Below are positions 46,736 to 55,184 of a stretch of DNA of 64,000 nucleotides, piece by piece (within the stretch, counting starts at the first letter, position 1; each line of letters begins with the position of its first letter). The translations under genes and the position numbers were made by a program. The notes beneath the pieces are model-generated. The model was given only the letters and a program-made list of their open reading frames with translations, was not told the DNA's origin and did not search any database. This stretch comes from Candidatus Latescibacterota bacterium (lineage in GTDB: Bacteria > Latescibacterota > UBA2968 > UBA8231), in assembly GCA_965221775.1 (NCBI GenBank), contig CBDCSU010000006.1:2304001-2368000 (forward strand), written 5' to 3'.

Positions 46736-47502
46736 CAGAAACTCTCGCTGTAGCGAACGGTGATCTCGCGGCTGAGGTCGGCGGAGGGTCCGCCAGGCGC
46801 CGTCCGGTCCCCGTTCTGGAGGAAGTTCTTGAGCAGGAAACCGAGCCTCAGGCTCCGGGTGGGCGACCAGTTGACGCCCCCGTTGGCGTATCCCCGGTTC
46901 AGGGCCCAGGAGTCGTCGCCGCCGTGGCGGGCGAGGTCGTACTCGGCGATGAAGATGAGCCTGTCGCTGAACCGCTTGTCGGCGCCGAGCCACCCGGAGA
47001 GGCCGCCCTCCTCTTCGAGGGACCAGCTCAGGCCCCCGTGAAAGCCGAGCTGGCCGAGAGTGGTCCCGTAGTTCTTGCTGGAGGCCAGGTAGATCCCCTT
47101 GCCCCGGACCTGGTACCTGCCGTGGGCGTGGGCCCCGTATCCCTGGGTGTCGTACCCCGCCGTCAGGGCGGGCATGCCGGTGCTCTCCTCGACGAGGCGG
47201 CAGCGAGCCGCTGCCTCGACCCTGGGATACCAGTCGACCTCGTCGTCGCCGATGACCCCCTCGCCCCCGAAGGCCAGGCCGACGGCCAGGCGCTGCAGGA
47301 GTCCGGCGTCGACCTGGCCCATCAGGCCGCCTCCCGGGAACAGCCTCAGGTCGATGGCGAATTGTCCCTTGTCGAGGAGGCCGGCGGTGGGACTGTCCAC
47401 GAGGCGCACCAGCTCCGGCGGCCCGTACTGGGCGCCCGCGGGACCCGCCCGGACCGCGGCCAGCATCGCCAGTGCCGGAAGCCATGAGCGGTAGGAGGTC
47501 AA
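46735..47502 (-). CDS. YjbH-like outer-membrane beta-barrel protein
   Basis: TTG 47502 overlapping the tsaE stop; signal peptide; LVDSPTAGLL, IAEYD, C-terminal VRYSESF. Confidence 0.68.
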   Translation of the reverse strand: MTSYRSWLPALAMLAAVRAGPAGAQYGPPELVRLVDSPTAGLLDKGQFAIDLRLFPGGGLMGQVDAGLLQRLAVGLAFGGEGVIGDDEVDWYPRVEAAARCRLVEESTGMPALTAGYDTQGYGAHAHGRYQVRGKGIYLASSKNYGTTLGQLGFHGGLSWSLEEEGGLSGWLGADKRFSDRLIFIAEYDLARHGGDDSWALNRGYANGGVNWSPTRSLRLGFLLKNFLQNGDRTAPGGPSADLSREITVRYSESF

Positions 47503-48002
47503 GCGCCCCTCCCGGGACCGGCGCCGGTGTCGGGCCGCCGCCATCGGATGCGGCGCTCCTGCTCCTGCTCTCCGTGGCGGAGCTCGATCCGCCACCGCTT
47601 CTCGGGGAGCAGCTCGGGAAGGCGGTCCGCCCACTCCACGAGGGTGACGGCGTCGGCCTCGTGGAAGAACTGGTCGGCGCCGATCTCCGCCAGCTCGTCC
47701 ACCGTCGCGAGGCGGTAGAGGTCGAAGTGGTAGACCCGCAATCCGCTGCCTTCCCCGGTGCCCTCGTAGACGTTCAGCAACACGAAGGTAGGGCTGTTGA
47801 CCACCTCGTCGACACCCAGACCGGCGCAGATTCCCTGCACGAGGCAGGTCTTGCCGGTGCCGAGGTCGCCTTCGAGGGCCACGAGGTCTCCCGGCACCAG
47901 GGCGGCAGCCAACTGGCGGCCGAAGCGCCGGGTCTCGGAGGCGCAGCGGGTGCGGCGCTCACCCGCGCAGGCGAGATCCGCGGTCACCGTAGAGGGAGAC
48001 AC
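47499..48002 (-). CDS. tsaE: t6A biosynthesis ATPase TsaE
   Basis: GDLGTGKT, VNSPTF, YHFDLYRL, VEWAD. Confidence 0.95.
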   Translation of the reverse strand: MSPSTVTADLACAGERRTRCASETRRFGRQLAAALVPGDLVALEGDLGTGKTCLVQGICAGLGVDEVVNSPTFVLLNVYEGTGEGSGLRVYHFDLYRLATVDELAEIGADQFFHEADAVTLVEWADRLPELLPEKRWRIELRHGEQEQERRIRWRRPDTGAGPGRGA

Positions 48003-48186
48003 CGCACGAGTGGGGTTGGGAGGGCATCTGCATGAGCGACGGTGGAGAGGTCCCTGACAAGAGGGACCATCTTGCCGCCGGGATGTTCCTGCCGGACGGG
48101 GGAGGACTGGGCCGGGCCGCCAGGGAGCGGCGGCGGTGCGGGGGCATCCACCGCGTGAGAGCGGCGGCTTCCCCGGGGTTGGTGCT

Positions 48187-48639
48187 TCAGCCGCCGGAGG
48201 CGCGCCGGCTGTCCATGGGGATCACCGACTCATCCCCGCCCTCGACGGGCTCGGGCGCCTCCGCCCCCATGGCGTCCACACCTTCATTCTCGTCGACATC
48301 CATGGAGCAGTTGCCCTGGAAAACGGCGCCCTCGGAGATGGCCAGGGCGTTGGAGTTGATGTCTCCCACGACCCGTGCCTGGCTGTCGAGGCGGACCTTG
48401 TCGCCCCGCACGTTGCCGTGCACGACTCCGTTGATGTAGACATCGCGGCCGTCGAGCTGGGCATGGGCCTCTCCCGACTGGCCGATGGTGAGCGTTCCCG
48501 TGCACGACAACTCGCCCTTGAAGGTGCCGTCGATGCGCACGCTGTTGTCCACCTTCATGACTCCCTCGAAGGTGGTGCCGCGGCCGACGATCGTGTTCAG
48601 GGTCTCGCCGCCGCCGTTCTCTTCCTTTTTGCCCAGCAT
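48187..48639 (-). CDS. Bactofilin (polymer-forming cytoskeletal protein)
   Basis: ATG 48639 after GGAGG; TIVGRGTTFEG...RIDGTFKG...INGVVHGNV...ISEGAVFQGNCSM beta-helix repeats. Confidence 0.93.
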   Translation of the reverse strand: MLGKKEENGGGETLNTIVGRGTTFEGVMKVDNSVRIDGTFKGELSCTGTLTIGQSGEAHAQLDGRDVYINGVVHGNVRGDKVRLDSQARVVGDINSNALAISEGAVFQGNCSMDVDENEGVDAMGAEAPEPVEGGDESVIPMDSRRASGG

Positions 48640-48767
48640 TGCCTTGTCTGTCCTCCGGCTGCTTCCGGTGAAACCGGGCAAGCCGCCCAAACTGTCGAAC
48701 ACTCTGCTCATCAGGCGGCCAATATAGGACCGGGCCGCGGACGGGAAAAGGGCCGCGAGAAACCCGG

Positions 48768-49928
48768 TCACTTCTTCTTTTTCTTGGATTTTCTGCCTTC
48801 GACTCTGCCATTGGCGCGAAGCCGCTCGACCACGGCGAGCACGGCGGCCTGGGTCGGCTCCTCTACGGCGGTCATCTCTATGACGGGGACGTCCTCGTCC
48901 TCGCAGCCCCTGAGGATGTGTTCCTGGATTCGGAGGATGCGATCCAGATCGGAGAGGGACTTGCGCGGCGTCCTGGCGGGGGCCTGGACCTCCCGCTTGG
49001 CGAAGCGCGTCTCGTAGGCCTCGCGGTCGGTCAGGGCCAGGCAGATGGGCACGATGATGGCGTTCTCCTCGAAGGCTTTCCACCGCGAGACCCCGGGGAG
49101 CAGGTGCACGCCGTCGATGATGGCGCTCGCATTCTCCTCGATGCAACGGGACATGATGGCGCGCACGCCGACGCCGACGACCCGGGACTGTTCGTGGAAG
49201 GCGGTTACCACAGGGTCGAGACCGTCCTGGATGTCGGCAGCCTCGGCGTCGTAAGAGGAATCGTGGATGGAAGGCATGAAGTCCCTGGCCAGCGTCAGGC
49301 GCAGGATCTGCCGGATGTCGTCGGTGGCCACGACGCGGGGGATGTCGAGGACGTTGGCAAGACTGACGGCCAGCGTCGTCTTGCCGACGCCGGTGGCGCC
49401 GCCGATGAGGATCACGAGGGGCTGGTCCAGATCCCTCCAGTCCCGCCAGGTCCGGTAGAGCTCGGCGGAGCTCTCGCCGCATCTCTCTAGGATGACCTCC
49501 TGAACGAGGTTCTCCAGTTCGCCGTGGCCGATGCGCCCCGTCCGCTTGTCGAGGAGGTGTTCCTCCACGGTGCGGGCGAGCTCGTAGGAGCGGTCGGGGG
49601 AGAGGCCGGCGGCCTGGATCGAGTGGGACAGCAGCTCGCGAGAGAAGGGACGGGGGCCGGCGTCGCGGTCGACGGTGATCGTCGTCGGCGACGGTTCCCA
49701 GAACAGGAGGTTGCCGAGGGGGCGGTCCGGATGGTCGCGCTCGAGGAGGCTGGCGAGCAGATCGAGGATCTGTCCTCGTTCCACCTCCTTGCGCCGGCGC
49801 ACCTCGGTACGCACCTCGTCGGCGATGCCGTAGGCCTCGTCGTGATCGAAACCGCGCTGGAGGAGATGGTGGACGAGCATCCCCCGCATGAAGGGGATGC
49901 GCTTCTTGCCGTCGACGATGGTAGCCAT
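48768..49928 (-). CDS. 2-phosphoglycerate kinase-like P-loop kinase with tandem ATP-cone domains
   Basis: Two RxPF-initiated ATP-cone-like segments (RIPFMRGML, RPFSRELL); PLVILIGGATGVGKTT, TDDIRQILR, IIDGVHLLPG, IQEHI. Confidence 0.85.
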   Translation of the reverse strand: MATIVDGKKRIPFMRGMLVHHLLQRGFDHDEAYGIADEVRTEVRRRKEVERGQILDLLASLLERDHPDRPLGNLLFWEPSPTTITVDRDAGPRPFSRELLSHSIQAAGLSPDRSYELARTVEEHLLDKRTGRIGHGELENLVQEVILERCGESSAELYRTWRDWRDLDQPLVILIGGATGVGKTTLAVSLANVLDIPRVVATDDIRQILRLTLARDFMPSIHDSSYDAEAADIQDGLDPVVTAFHEQSRVVGVGVRAIMSRCIEENASAIIDGVHLLPGVSRWKAFEENAIIVPICLALTDREAYETRFAKREVQAPARTPRKSLSDLDRILRIQEHILRGCEDEDVPVIEMTAVEEPTQAAVLAVVERLRANGRVEGRKSKKKKK

Positions 49929-50035
49929 CGGCGCAAGAACCTACCCGGGCCACCTGGGAGGAGCAAGGCAGGCGGCCTTCGGGGGGATATATTATCCGCC
50001 GTTTCCACACTCCGTTCCCCATGGGAGTTCAGGTC

Positions 50036-51172
50036 ATGTCCAATCCGATTTCCGATCTTGGCCGGCAGGGCCAGAGCGTCTGGTACGACAGCCTCCGCCG
50101 GGGTCTCATCACCAGCGGCGGGCTGGAGCGGCTGATCGCCGAGGACGGCCTGCGGGGGATGACCTCCAACCCCGCCATCTTCGAGAAGGCCATCGCCGGG
50201 TCGGACGACTACCGGGGGGTGCTGCGCCGTCACGCCGCCGCCGGTCTCTCGCCCCTGCAGATCTACGAGGCGATCGCCGTCGAGGACATCCAGTGGGCGG
50301 CCGACGCGCTGCTGCCGGTGTACGAGGAGTCGGAGGGCCGCGACGGCTTCGTCTCCCTCGAGGTCTCGCCGCACCTGGCCCACGACATGGGGGGAACCGT
50401 CGACGAAGCCCTGCGCCTGGCCGGAGAGGTGGGGCGGCGCAACCTCATGATCAAGGTGCCGGGAACACGGGCGGGCGTGCCCGCCATCGAGCGGCTGATC
50501 GGGGAGGGGGTCAATGTCAACGTCACCCTGCTCTTCGCGCGGGACTGCTACGCCGCCGCCGCCGAGGCCTGGCTCAAGGGCCTGGAGAGCCTGCTCGAGA
50601 GGGGCGGTGACGTAGCCGCCGTCTCCAGCGTGGCCAGCTTCTTCGTGAGCCGCATCGACACCCTCATCGACACGCGGATCGACGAGCGCCTGGCCGAGGA
50701 GGGCGACGCCGTGCGCCGCGTCGCCCTCGGCGCCCTGAAGGGCCGCGCCGCCATCGCCAACGCCAGGCTCGCCTATCAACACTACCGCGGCCTCGTCGCC
50801 GGAAAGCGCTGGTCCCGCCTCGCAGCCGCCGGCGCCAACCCTCAGCGCCTGCTGTGGGCGAGCACGAGCGTCAAGAACCCGGCCTACCGCGACGTGCTCT
50901 ACGTGGAGGAGCTGATCGGCCCGGACACGGTGAACACCCTGCCGGAGGCGACCTTCGACGCCTTCCGCGATCACGGGGTCGTGGAGGCCACCCTGGAGAA
51001 GGGCGTGGACGAGGCCCGCGAGGTGATGGCAGCCCTCGAGGGGCTCGGCATCTCGATGCAACGTGCTACCGACCAGTTGTTGGAGGACGGCGTGCGCCTC
51101 TTCGTGGAGCCCTTTGACCAGTTGCTGGCTGCCATCGAGACCCAGTGCGAGGCCCTGCCTCGCCGCGCGTGA
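50036..51172 (+). CDS. tal: Transaldolase (long type)
   Basis: GQSVWYD, GMTSNPAIF, VSLEVSP, MIKVP, NVTLLF, SFFVSRID, LWASTSVK. Confidence 0.95.
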   Translation: MSNPISDLGRQGQSVWYDSLRRGLITSGGLERLIAEDGLRGMTSNPAIFEKAIAGSDDYRGVLRRHAAAGLSPLQIYEAIAVEDIQWAADALLPVYEESEGRDGFVSLEVSPHLAHDMGGTVDEALRLAGEVGRRNLMIKVPGTRAGVPAIERLIGEGVNVNVTLLFARDCYAAAAEAWLKGLESLLERGGDVAAVSSVASFFVSRIDTLIDTRIDERLAEEGDAVRRVALGALKGRAAIANARLAYQHYRGLVAGKRWSRLAAAGANPQRLLWASTSVKNPAYRDVLYVEELIGPDTVNTLPEATFDAFRDHGVVEATLEKGVDEAREVMAALEGLGISMQRATDQLLEDGVRLFVEPFDQLLAAIETQCEALPRRA

Positions 51173-51849
51173 ACCCCCGCCACGTGAGATTCGACCGCGT
51201 ACCCCCCGCGGTCCTGGCGGTGGCCCTGATATCCGTCCAGTGCGCCGACCGTGGAGCCGGACCGCCCGCCCCGCCTGGTGCGGATGTGGAGGAGTGCTTC
51301 GCCTGCACCCCCGAGGCCGCCATGGACCATCTCCAACACGCTTTCGGGGAGCGCGACCCGGACCTCTACGAGAGGCTGCTGGACGACGGTTTCCTGTTCA
51401 CCGAGGCGAACTGTCTGGGCGAGGTCCGGTATCACAATGGCAAGCAGGTGGAGCTGGAGGTCATGGGCGGGCGCGACTCGCCGCGGGGGATCTTCGACGT
51501 CTTTCGCACCATCGAGTTCGGATTCTGGGCAGACGACAGGCGTGAGGAGCCGGGGGCTGACTCGCCCCCGGCCTTCGAGGGAGATCCGGACGGCCATCCG
51601 GAGGAGGACTGGCTCGTCTTTCGAGGGCGGGTGGAGTTGCTGCTGCTGACAAAGCCGGACGAAGGGCTCTTCGTCGATCAGGTGATGACCTTCAAGCTGC
51701 GCCAGGAAGAGGACGGCATGTGGCGCATCCGGCGATGGGCCGGCGACCCCCTGGTGAGAGAGTGCTCGGAGAGCGGTGAAGAGCCGACGGTGGCGACGGA
51801 GTCCTGGGGCCGTATCAAGGCCTCCTTCACGGAGGCGACCCGTGGCTGA
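51169..51849 (+). CDS. Putative lipoprotein, NTF2-like fold, with C-terminal WGxIKASF motif
   Basis: GTGA overlap with tal; hydrophobic stretch ending in Cys (ISVQC); AFGERDPDLYERLLDDGFLF...WRIRRW; tail PTVATESWGRIKASF. Confidence 0.75.
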   Translation: MNPRHVRFDRVPPAVLAVALISVQCADRGAGPPAPPGADVEECFACTPEAAMDHLQHAFGERDPDLYERLLDDGFLFTEANCLGEVRYHNGKQVELEVMGGRDSPRGIFDVFRTIEFGFWADDRREEPGADSPPAFEGDPDGHPEEDWLVFRGRVELLLLTKPDEGLFVDQVMTFKLRQEEDGMWRIRRWAGDPLVRECSESGEEPTVATESWGRIKASFTEATRG

Positions 51850-52951
51850 GCGCGGACGGGCGGCGGTGCTCGTCGACGACTACCGCTTCGAGATCCGGGA
51901 GCTGCCGGCGCCCGAGGTCGAGCCCGGAGGCATCCTGGTGAGCGTTACCGGATGCGGCGTGTGCGGTTCCGACCTGCACCTGTGGCGCGGGGACATACGC
52001 ATGCACGGCTGCGTCCACGGCCACGAGCTGGTGGGGCGCGTCCACTCCCTGGGCTCGCGGGTCTCCACCGATCACCTGGAGCGGCCCCTGAAGGAGGGAG
52101 ACCGGGTGATCTTCAGCTACTTCACCCCCTGCCACCGCTGCTACCACTGCATCCGCGGCGAGTTCACCGACTGCCTCCACAACTTCGAGATCGTCCGTCC
52201 GGTGGAGGAGTGGCCCTACTGCCACGGCGGCTTCGCCGACTTCTGGTACGTCAGGCCGGGGAGCTTCGTCTTCCGCGTCGACTCGGACCTGCCGGACGAC
52301 GCCCTGACCTCCGTCAACTGCGCCGCCGCCACGGTGATGGAGGGGATCGAGCGCTCCAACCCACGGGCCGGGGACGCCGTCGTCTTCCAGGGGGCCGGAG
52401 GGCTCGGCCTCTACGGCATCGCCTATGCCCGCGAGCGCGGCGCCGGTCCCATCATCGCCATCGACGGGCAGCCACCGCGTCTGGAGCTGGCCCGCCGGTG
52501 CGGCGCCGACTACACCATCGACATCAACGAGATCACCGACCCGCAGGACCGCATCGCCCAAGTGAAGGAGTGGGCCGGCGGCGGCCGCTCGGGGGCCGAC
52601 ACCGTGGTCGAGGTGGTGGGCTTCCCCGGCGTCGTGCCCGAGGGTTTGGAGATGCTGCGGCCGGGGGGCCGCTACATCGAGATCGGCAACATCTCCAGGC
52701 GCTCGATGGTGGAGATCGACATCAACCGGGTGCTCCACGGCATCAAGTACATCGTCCCGGTCTCCTTCTACAGCCCGCGCCTGCTGCCGGCGGCACTGGA
52801 GATGCTGGAGCGCGCCCGCGGCCGGTATCCGCTGGCCGATCTCATGTCCCACAGCTTCGGTCTGGAGGAGATCAACACCGCCTTCGAGAGGGCGGAGTGG
52901 TTCGGGCGGGACCGGGCGACGGCGGTGACCCGGGCGGTGGTGAAGCCGTGA
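51842..52951 (+). CDS. Zinc-dependent alcohol dehydrogenase (MDR family)
   Basis: CGSD, GHE.VG, CHRCYHC...C, GAGGLG. Confidence 0.93.
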   Translation: MAERGRAAVLVDDYRFEIRELPAPEVEPGGILVSVTGCGVCGSDLHLWRGDIRMHGCVHGHELVGRVHSLGSRVSTDHLERPLKEGDRVIFSYFTPCHRCYHCIRGEFTDCLHNFEIVRPVEEWPYCHGGFADFWYVRPGSFVFRVDSDLPDDALTSVNCAAATVMEGIERSNPRAGDAVVFQGAGGLGLYGIAYARERGAGPIIAIDGQPPRLELARRCGADYTIDINEITDPQDRIAQVKEWAGGGRSGADTVVEVVGFPGVVPEGLEMLRPGGRYIEIGNISRRSMVEIDINRVLHGIKYIVPVSFYSPRLLPAALEMLERARGRYPLADLMSHSFGLEEINTAFERAEWFGRDRATAVTRAVVKP

Positions 52952-52963
52952 GGGCGGCAGGCT

Positions 52964-54061
52964 CTACACGAAACGGAACAACCGCACGTCCAGCACCCGC
53001 GAGGAGCCCCCGGGCTCGTTCCACTGCACCAGGATGGGGCTCTGGTAGGTGCCCCAGCCGATCTCGCCGGCGCCGGTGGACTTGCGGTCGAGGACCGGCA
53101 GGCTGATCCCCCGCTTCATCCGCAGGAAATGGGAGACCGGGACCGCCAGCGCCCGGTTGACCACTCTCTCCACCATCGAGTGACGCATGCCGGCGCGGTC
53201 GAGGAGCGTGTTGAAAATCTGCACCGCGTCGTACTGGGCGTAGTTGAGGGCCTTGGCGGGTATGCTCCGGGGAACCTGGAGGGCGCCCCGGCCCATGCGC
53301 GCCATGTAGCGGAAGGGGTTGGCGAGGACCTCCCGCAAGTCGTGGGTCATGAGCAGCGTCTCGTACTCGTTCACCGTGAGGCCGGCGTCGCGGTCGCCGG
53401 CGGGCAGGGAGATGTCGAAGCGGCCGAAAGAGACCTTGTGGTCGCGCGCCAGACTCTCCAGCTGGCCGATGAAGCCGAGAGCGGGGTCGCGCAGGTTCTG
53501 GGCGTCGATGGCGTGGGGCGAGGCCGCCACCGGCACCTGCATGCGGGCCACCTCCTCCTCGCCCTTGTAGGCGATGACCGTGGTACGTCGCTGCCGGGTG
53601 CCGCCAACGTGGACTCCGTCCAGTTCCACGAACCACACGGGCTCGTCGCCCTTGAGTTCGTAGGAGGTGGAGGTGTGGAGCCCTCCTCCCATGAAGGTCA
53701 GATGGGAGTCGGCGTTGCGGGGCTCGGTGGCGCGCTCCTTGTCGGAGAGCTCGGTGCGGCGGTGCAGCTCGTCGTGGACGTAGCCTGCGTCTGGGGGGAA
53801 GAGCTTCTGGAAGAGCCTGAGGTAGTCCTGGATGGTGGCGCCGTCGTGGTCGAAGACCTCGGCCAGGCGCTGGTCCAGGTAGCCGGCCGTGGTGTGATCG
53901 GAGATGTACAGGGCCCGGGGGAAACGGGTGAACTCGGAGCCGAACTCCTCGCGGAGCTTGCCCCTCACGTCGATCAGGTCGACGCGGGAGGCGGGCTCGA
54001 TGCGGAGAGTGGCCCGGAAGGGGGCTTCACCGGCCCGGGTGTGCCGGTTCACCAGAATCAT
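52964..54061 (-). CDS. Protein with two tandem YjbQ (UPF0047)-like domains
   Basis: First half HTTAGY, NADSHL, FVELDG..RQR; second half AGLTVNE, SLPV, GTYQ. Confidence 0.7.
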   Translation of the reverse strand: MILVNRHTRAGEAPFRATLRIEPASRVDLIDVRGKLREEFGSEFTRFPRALYISDHTTAGYLDQRLAEVFDHDGATIQDYLRLFQKLFPPDAGYVHDELHRRTELSDKERATEPRNADSHLTFMGGGLHTSTSYELKGDEPVWFVELDGVHVGGTRQRRTTVIAYKGEEEVARMQVPVAASPHAIDAQNLRDPALGFIGQLESLARDHKVSFGRFDISLPAGDRDAGLTVNEYETLLMTHDLREVLANPFRYMARMGRGALQVPRSIPAKALNYAQYDAVQIFNTLLDRAGMRHSMVERVVNRALAVPVSHFLRMKRGISLPVLDRKSTGAGEIGWGTYQSPILVQWNEPGGSSRVLDVRLFRFV

Positions 54062-54130
54062 GGGCGGCTCGTCGGTCGTGCGCCGGGGAGCGTGCGGGGA
54101 CGGATGCCGGTCCCCTTCGACTGACAGGCC

Positions 54131-54158
54131 AATGTAGACCCCGGGTCGGCGGTGTCAA
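54131..54158 (-). promoter_or_regulatory. Putative sigma70 promoter for the tandem-YjbQ gene
   Basis: Minus strand TTGACA-16 nt-TACATT. Confidence 0.62.
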
Positions 54159-54337
54159 TCCGGGTTCGGCGTCGGCTTGGGGGGGACCATGCGGGGGCGG
54201 CCAACCCTCACCGGACGTTTCCGGAAGAGCTCCGAGAAGCAGCCGAACATCGGCTGCCGGGGGTTTGTGTACAGGCGCCTGACGCAGTCGGCAGGGGGGG
54301 CGGGGGCTCGGGTTCGATCTGCAGGGGAGGGCAGGTG

Positions 54338-55111
54338 TCAGATCGGCGCCAGCCAGCCCCCGTCCACGGGCAGGGCCGTGCCGGTGATCCACTCGGCGTC
54401 GTCGGAGGCGAAGAACACGCAGGCCCGGCCGATGTCGCGGGGCCGGCCGAAGCGGGGCAGCGGGGTGGCCTGGCGGCTGGCCTCGATCTGCTCCGGCGTC
54501 AGGTAGTCCTGGATCGCCGTCTCGATGTACCCGGGGCAGACGGCGTTGGCCGTGATGCCGCGGCCGGCGAGCTCCACGGCGGTGTCCCTGGTGAGGTTGA
54601 CGATCCCCGCCTTGGCCGGCGCGTAGGCGGGACCGCCGCCGCCGGCGAAGGAATTGACCGACCCGATGTTGATGACGCGGCCGGCGGGCGACCGCTCCAG
54701 GTGGGCCACGGCGTACTTCGTCAGCAGGAAGGGGCCCCGGAGGTTGACGGCCACCACCCGGTCCCACTGGGCGGCGCCGAGCCCCTGGGTGTCGCCGGGG
54801 ATGTGAATGCCGGCGTTGTTGACGATGATGTCGAGGCTGCCGAAGGTGCTCACCGCCTCGTCCACGAGGTTCCGCACCGCGCCTTCGTCGGCCATGTCCG
54901 TCTGGACGAAATGTGACCTCCCGCCGATCTTTGCGAGTTCCTCCGTCGTGGGGGTCGTGGTGTCCTGCTCGTGGTACCGCCCCTTCTTCGGGGCTTCGCG
55001 GAGGTCGGACACCACCACGCGCGCTCCTTCGCGGGCGAACTCCAGGCAAATCCCCCGGCCGATGCCGGAGCTGCCTCCGGTAACGATGGCGACGCGATCC
55101 TCCAGTTTCAT
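54338..55111 (-). CDS. Classical short-chain dehydrogenase/reductase
   Basis: TGGSSGIG, NNAG, YAPAK, PGYIET, VDGG. Confidence 0.95.
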   Translation of the reverse strand: MKLEDRVAIVTGGSSGIGRGICLEFAREGARVVVSDLREAPKKGRYHEQDTTTPTTEELAKIGGRSHFVQTDMADEGAVRNLVDEAVSTFGSLDIIVNNAGIHIPGDTQGLGAAQWDRVVAVNLRGPFLLTKYAVAHLERSPAGRVINIGSVNSFAGGGGPAYAPAKAGIVNLTRDTAVELAGRGITANAVCPGYIETAIQDYLTPEQIEASRQATPLPRFGRPRDIGRACVFFASDDAEWITGTALPVDGGWLAPI

Positions 55112-55184
55112 GCGTATCCCCTTTCCGGCTGCCGGCGGCGGCGAATTAACCCCCGCGTCCGACGAGCGTCAATCGGAGCGGTGG

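Noticed and set aside
48670-48725. CTGATGAG on the minus strand within a GCCGCC/GGCGGC stem upstream of bactofilin, resembling a hammerhead core
   Set aside because: No GAAA and no properly paired stem II or III follow; it does not fit the fluoride riboswitch layout either.
54200-54260. Hairpins CCGGA-CGTT-TCCGG and GCAGCCGA-ACA-TCGGCTGC in the SDR/YjbQ spacer as an ncRNA
   Set aside because: Most simply a weak terminator or stabilising hairpin after the SDR gene; no known RNA motif recognised.
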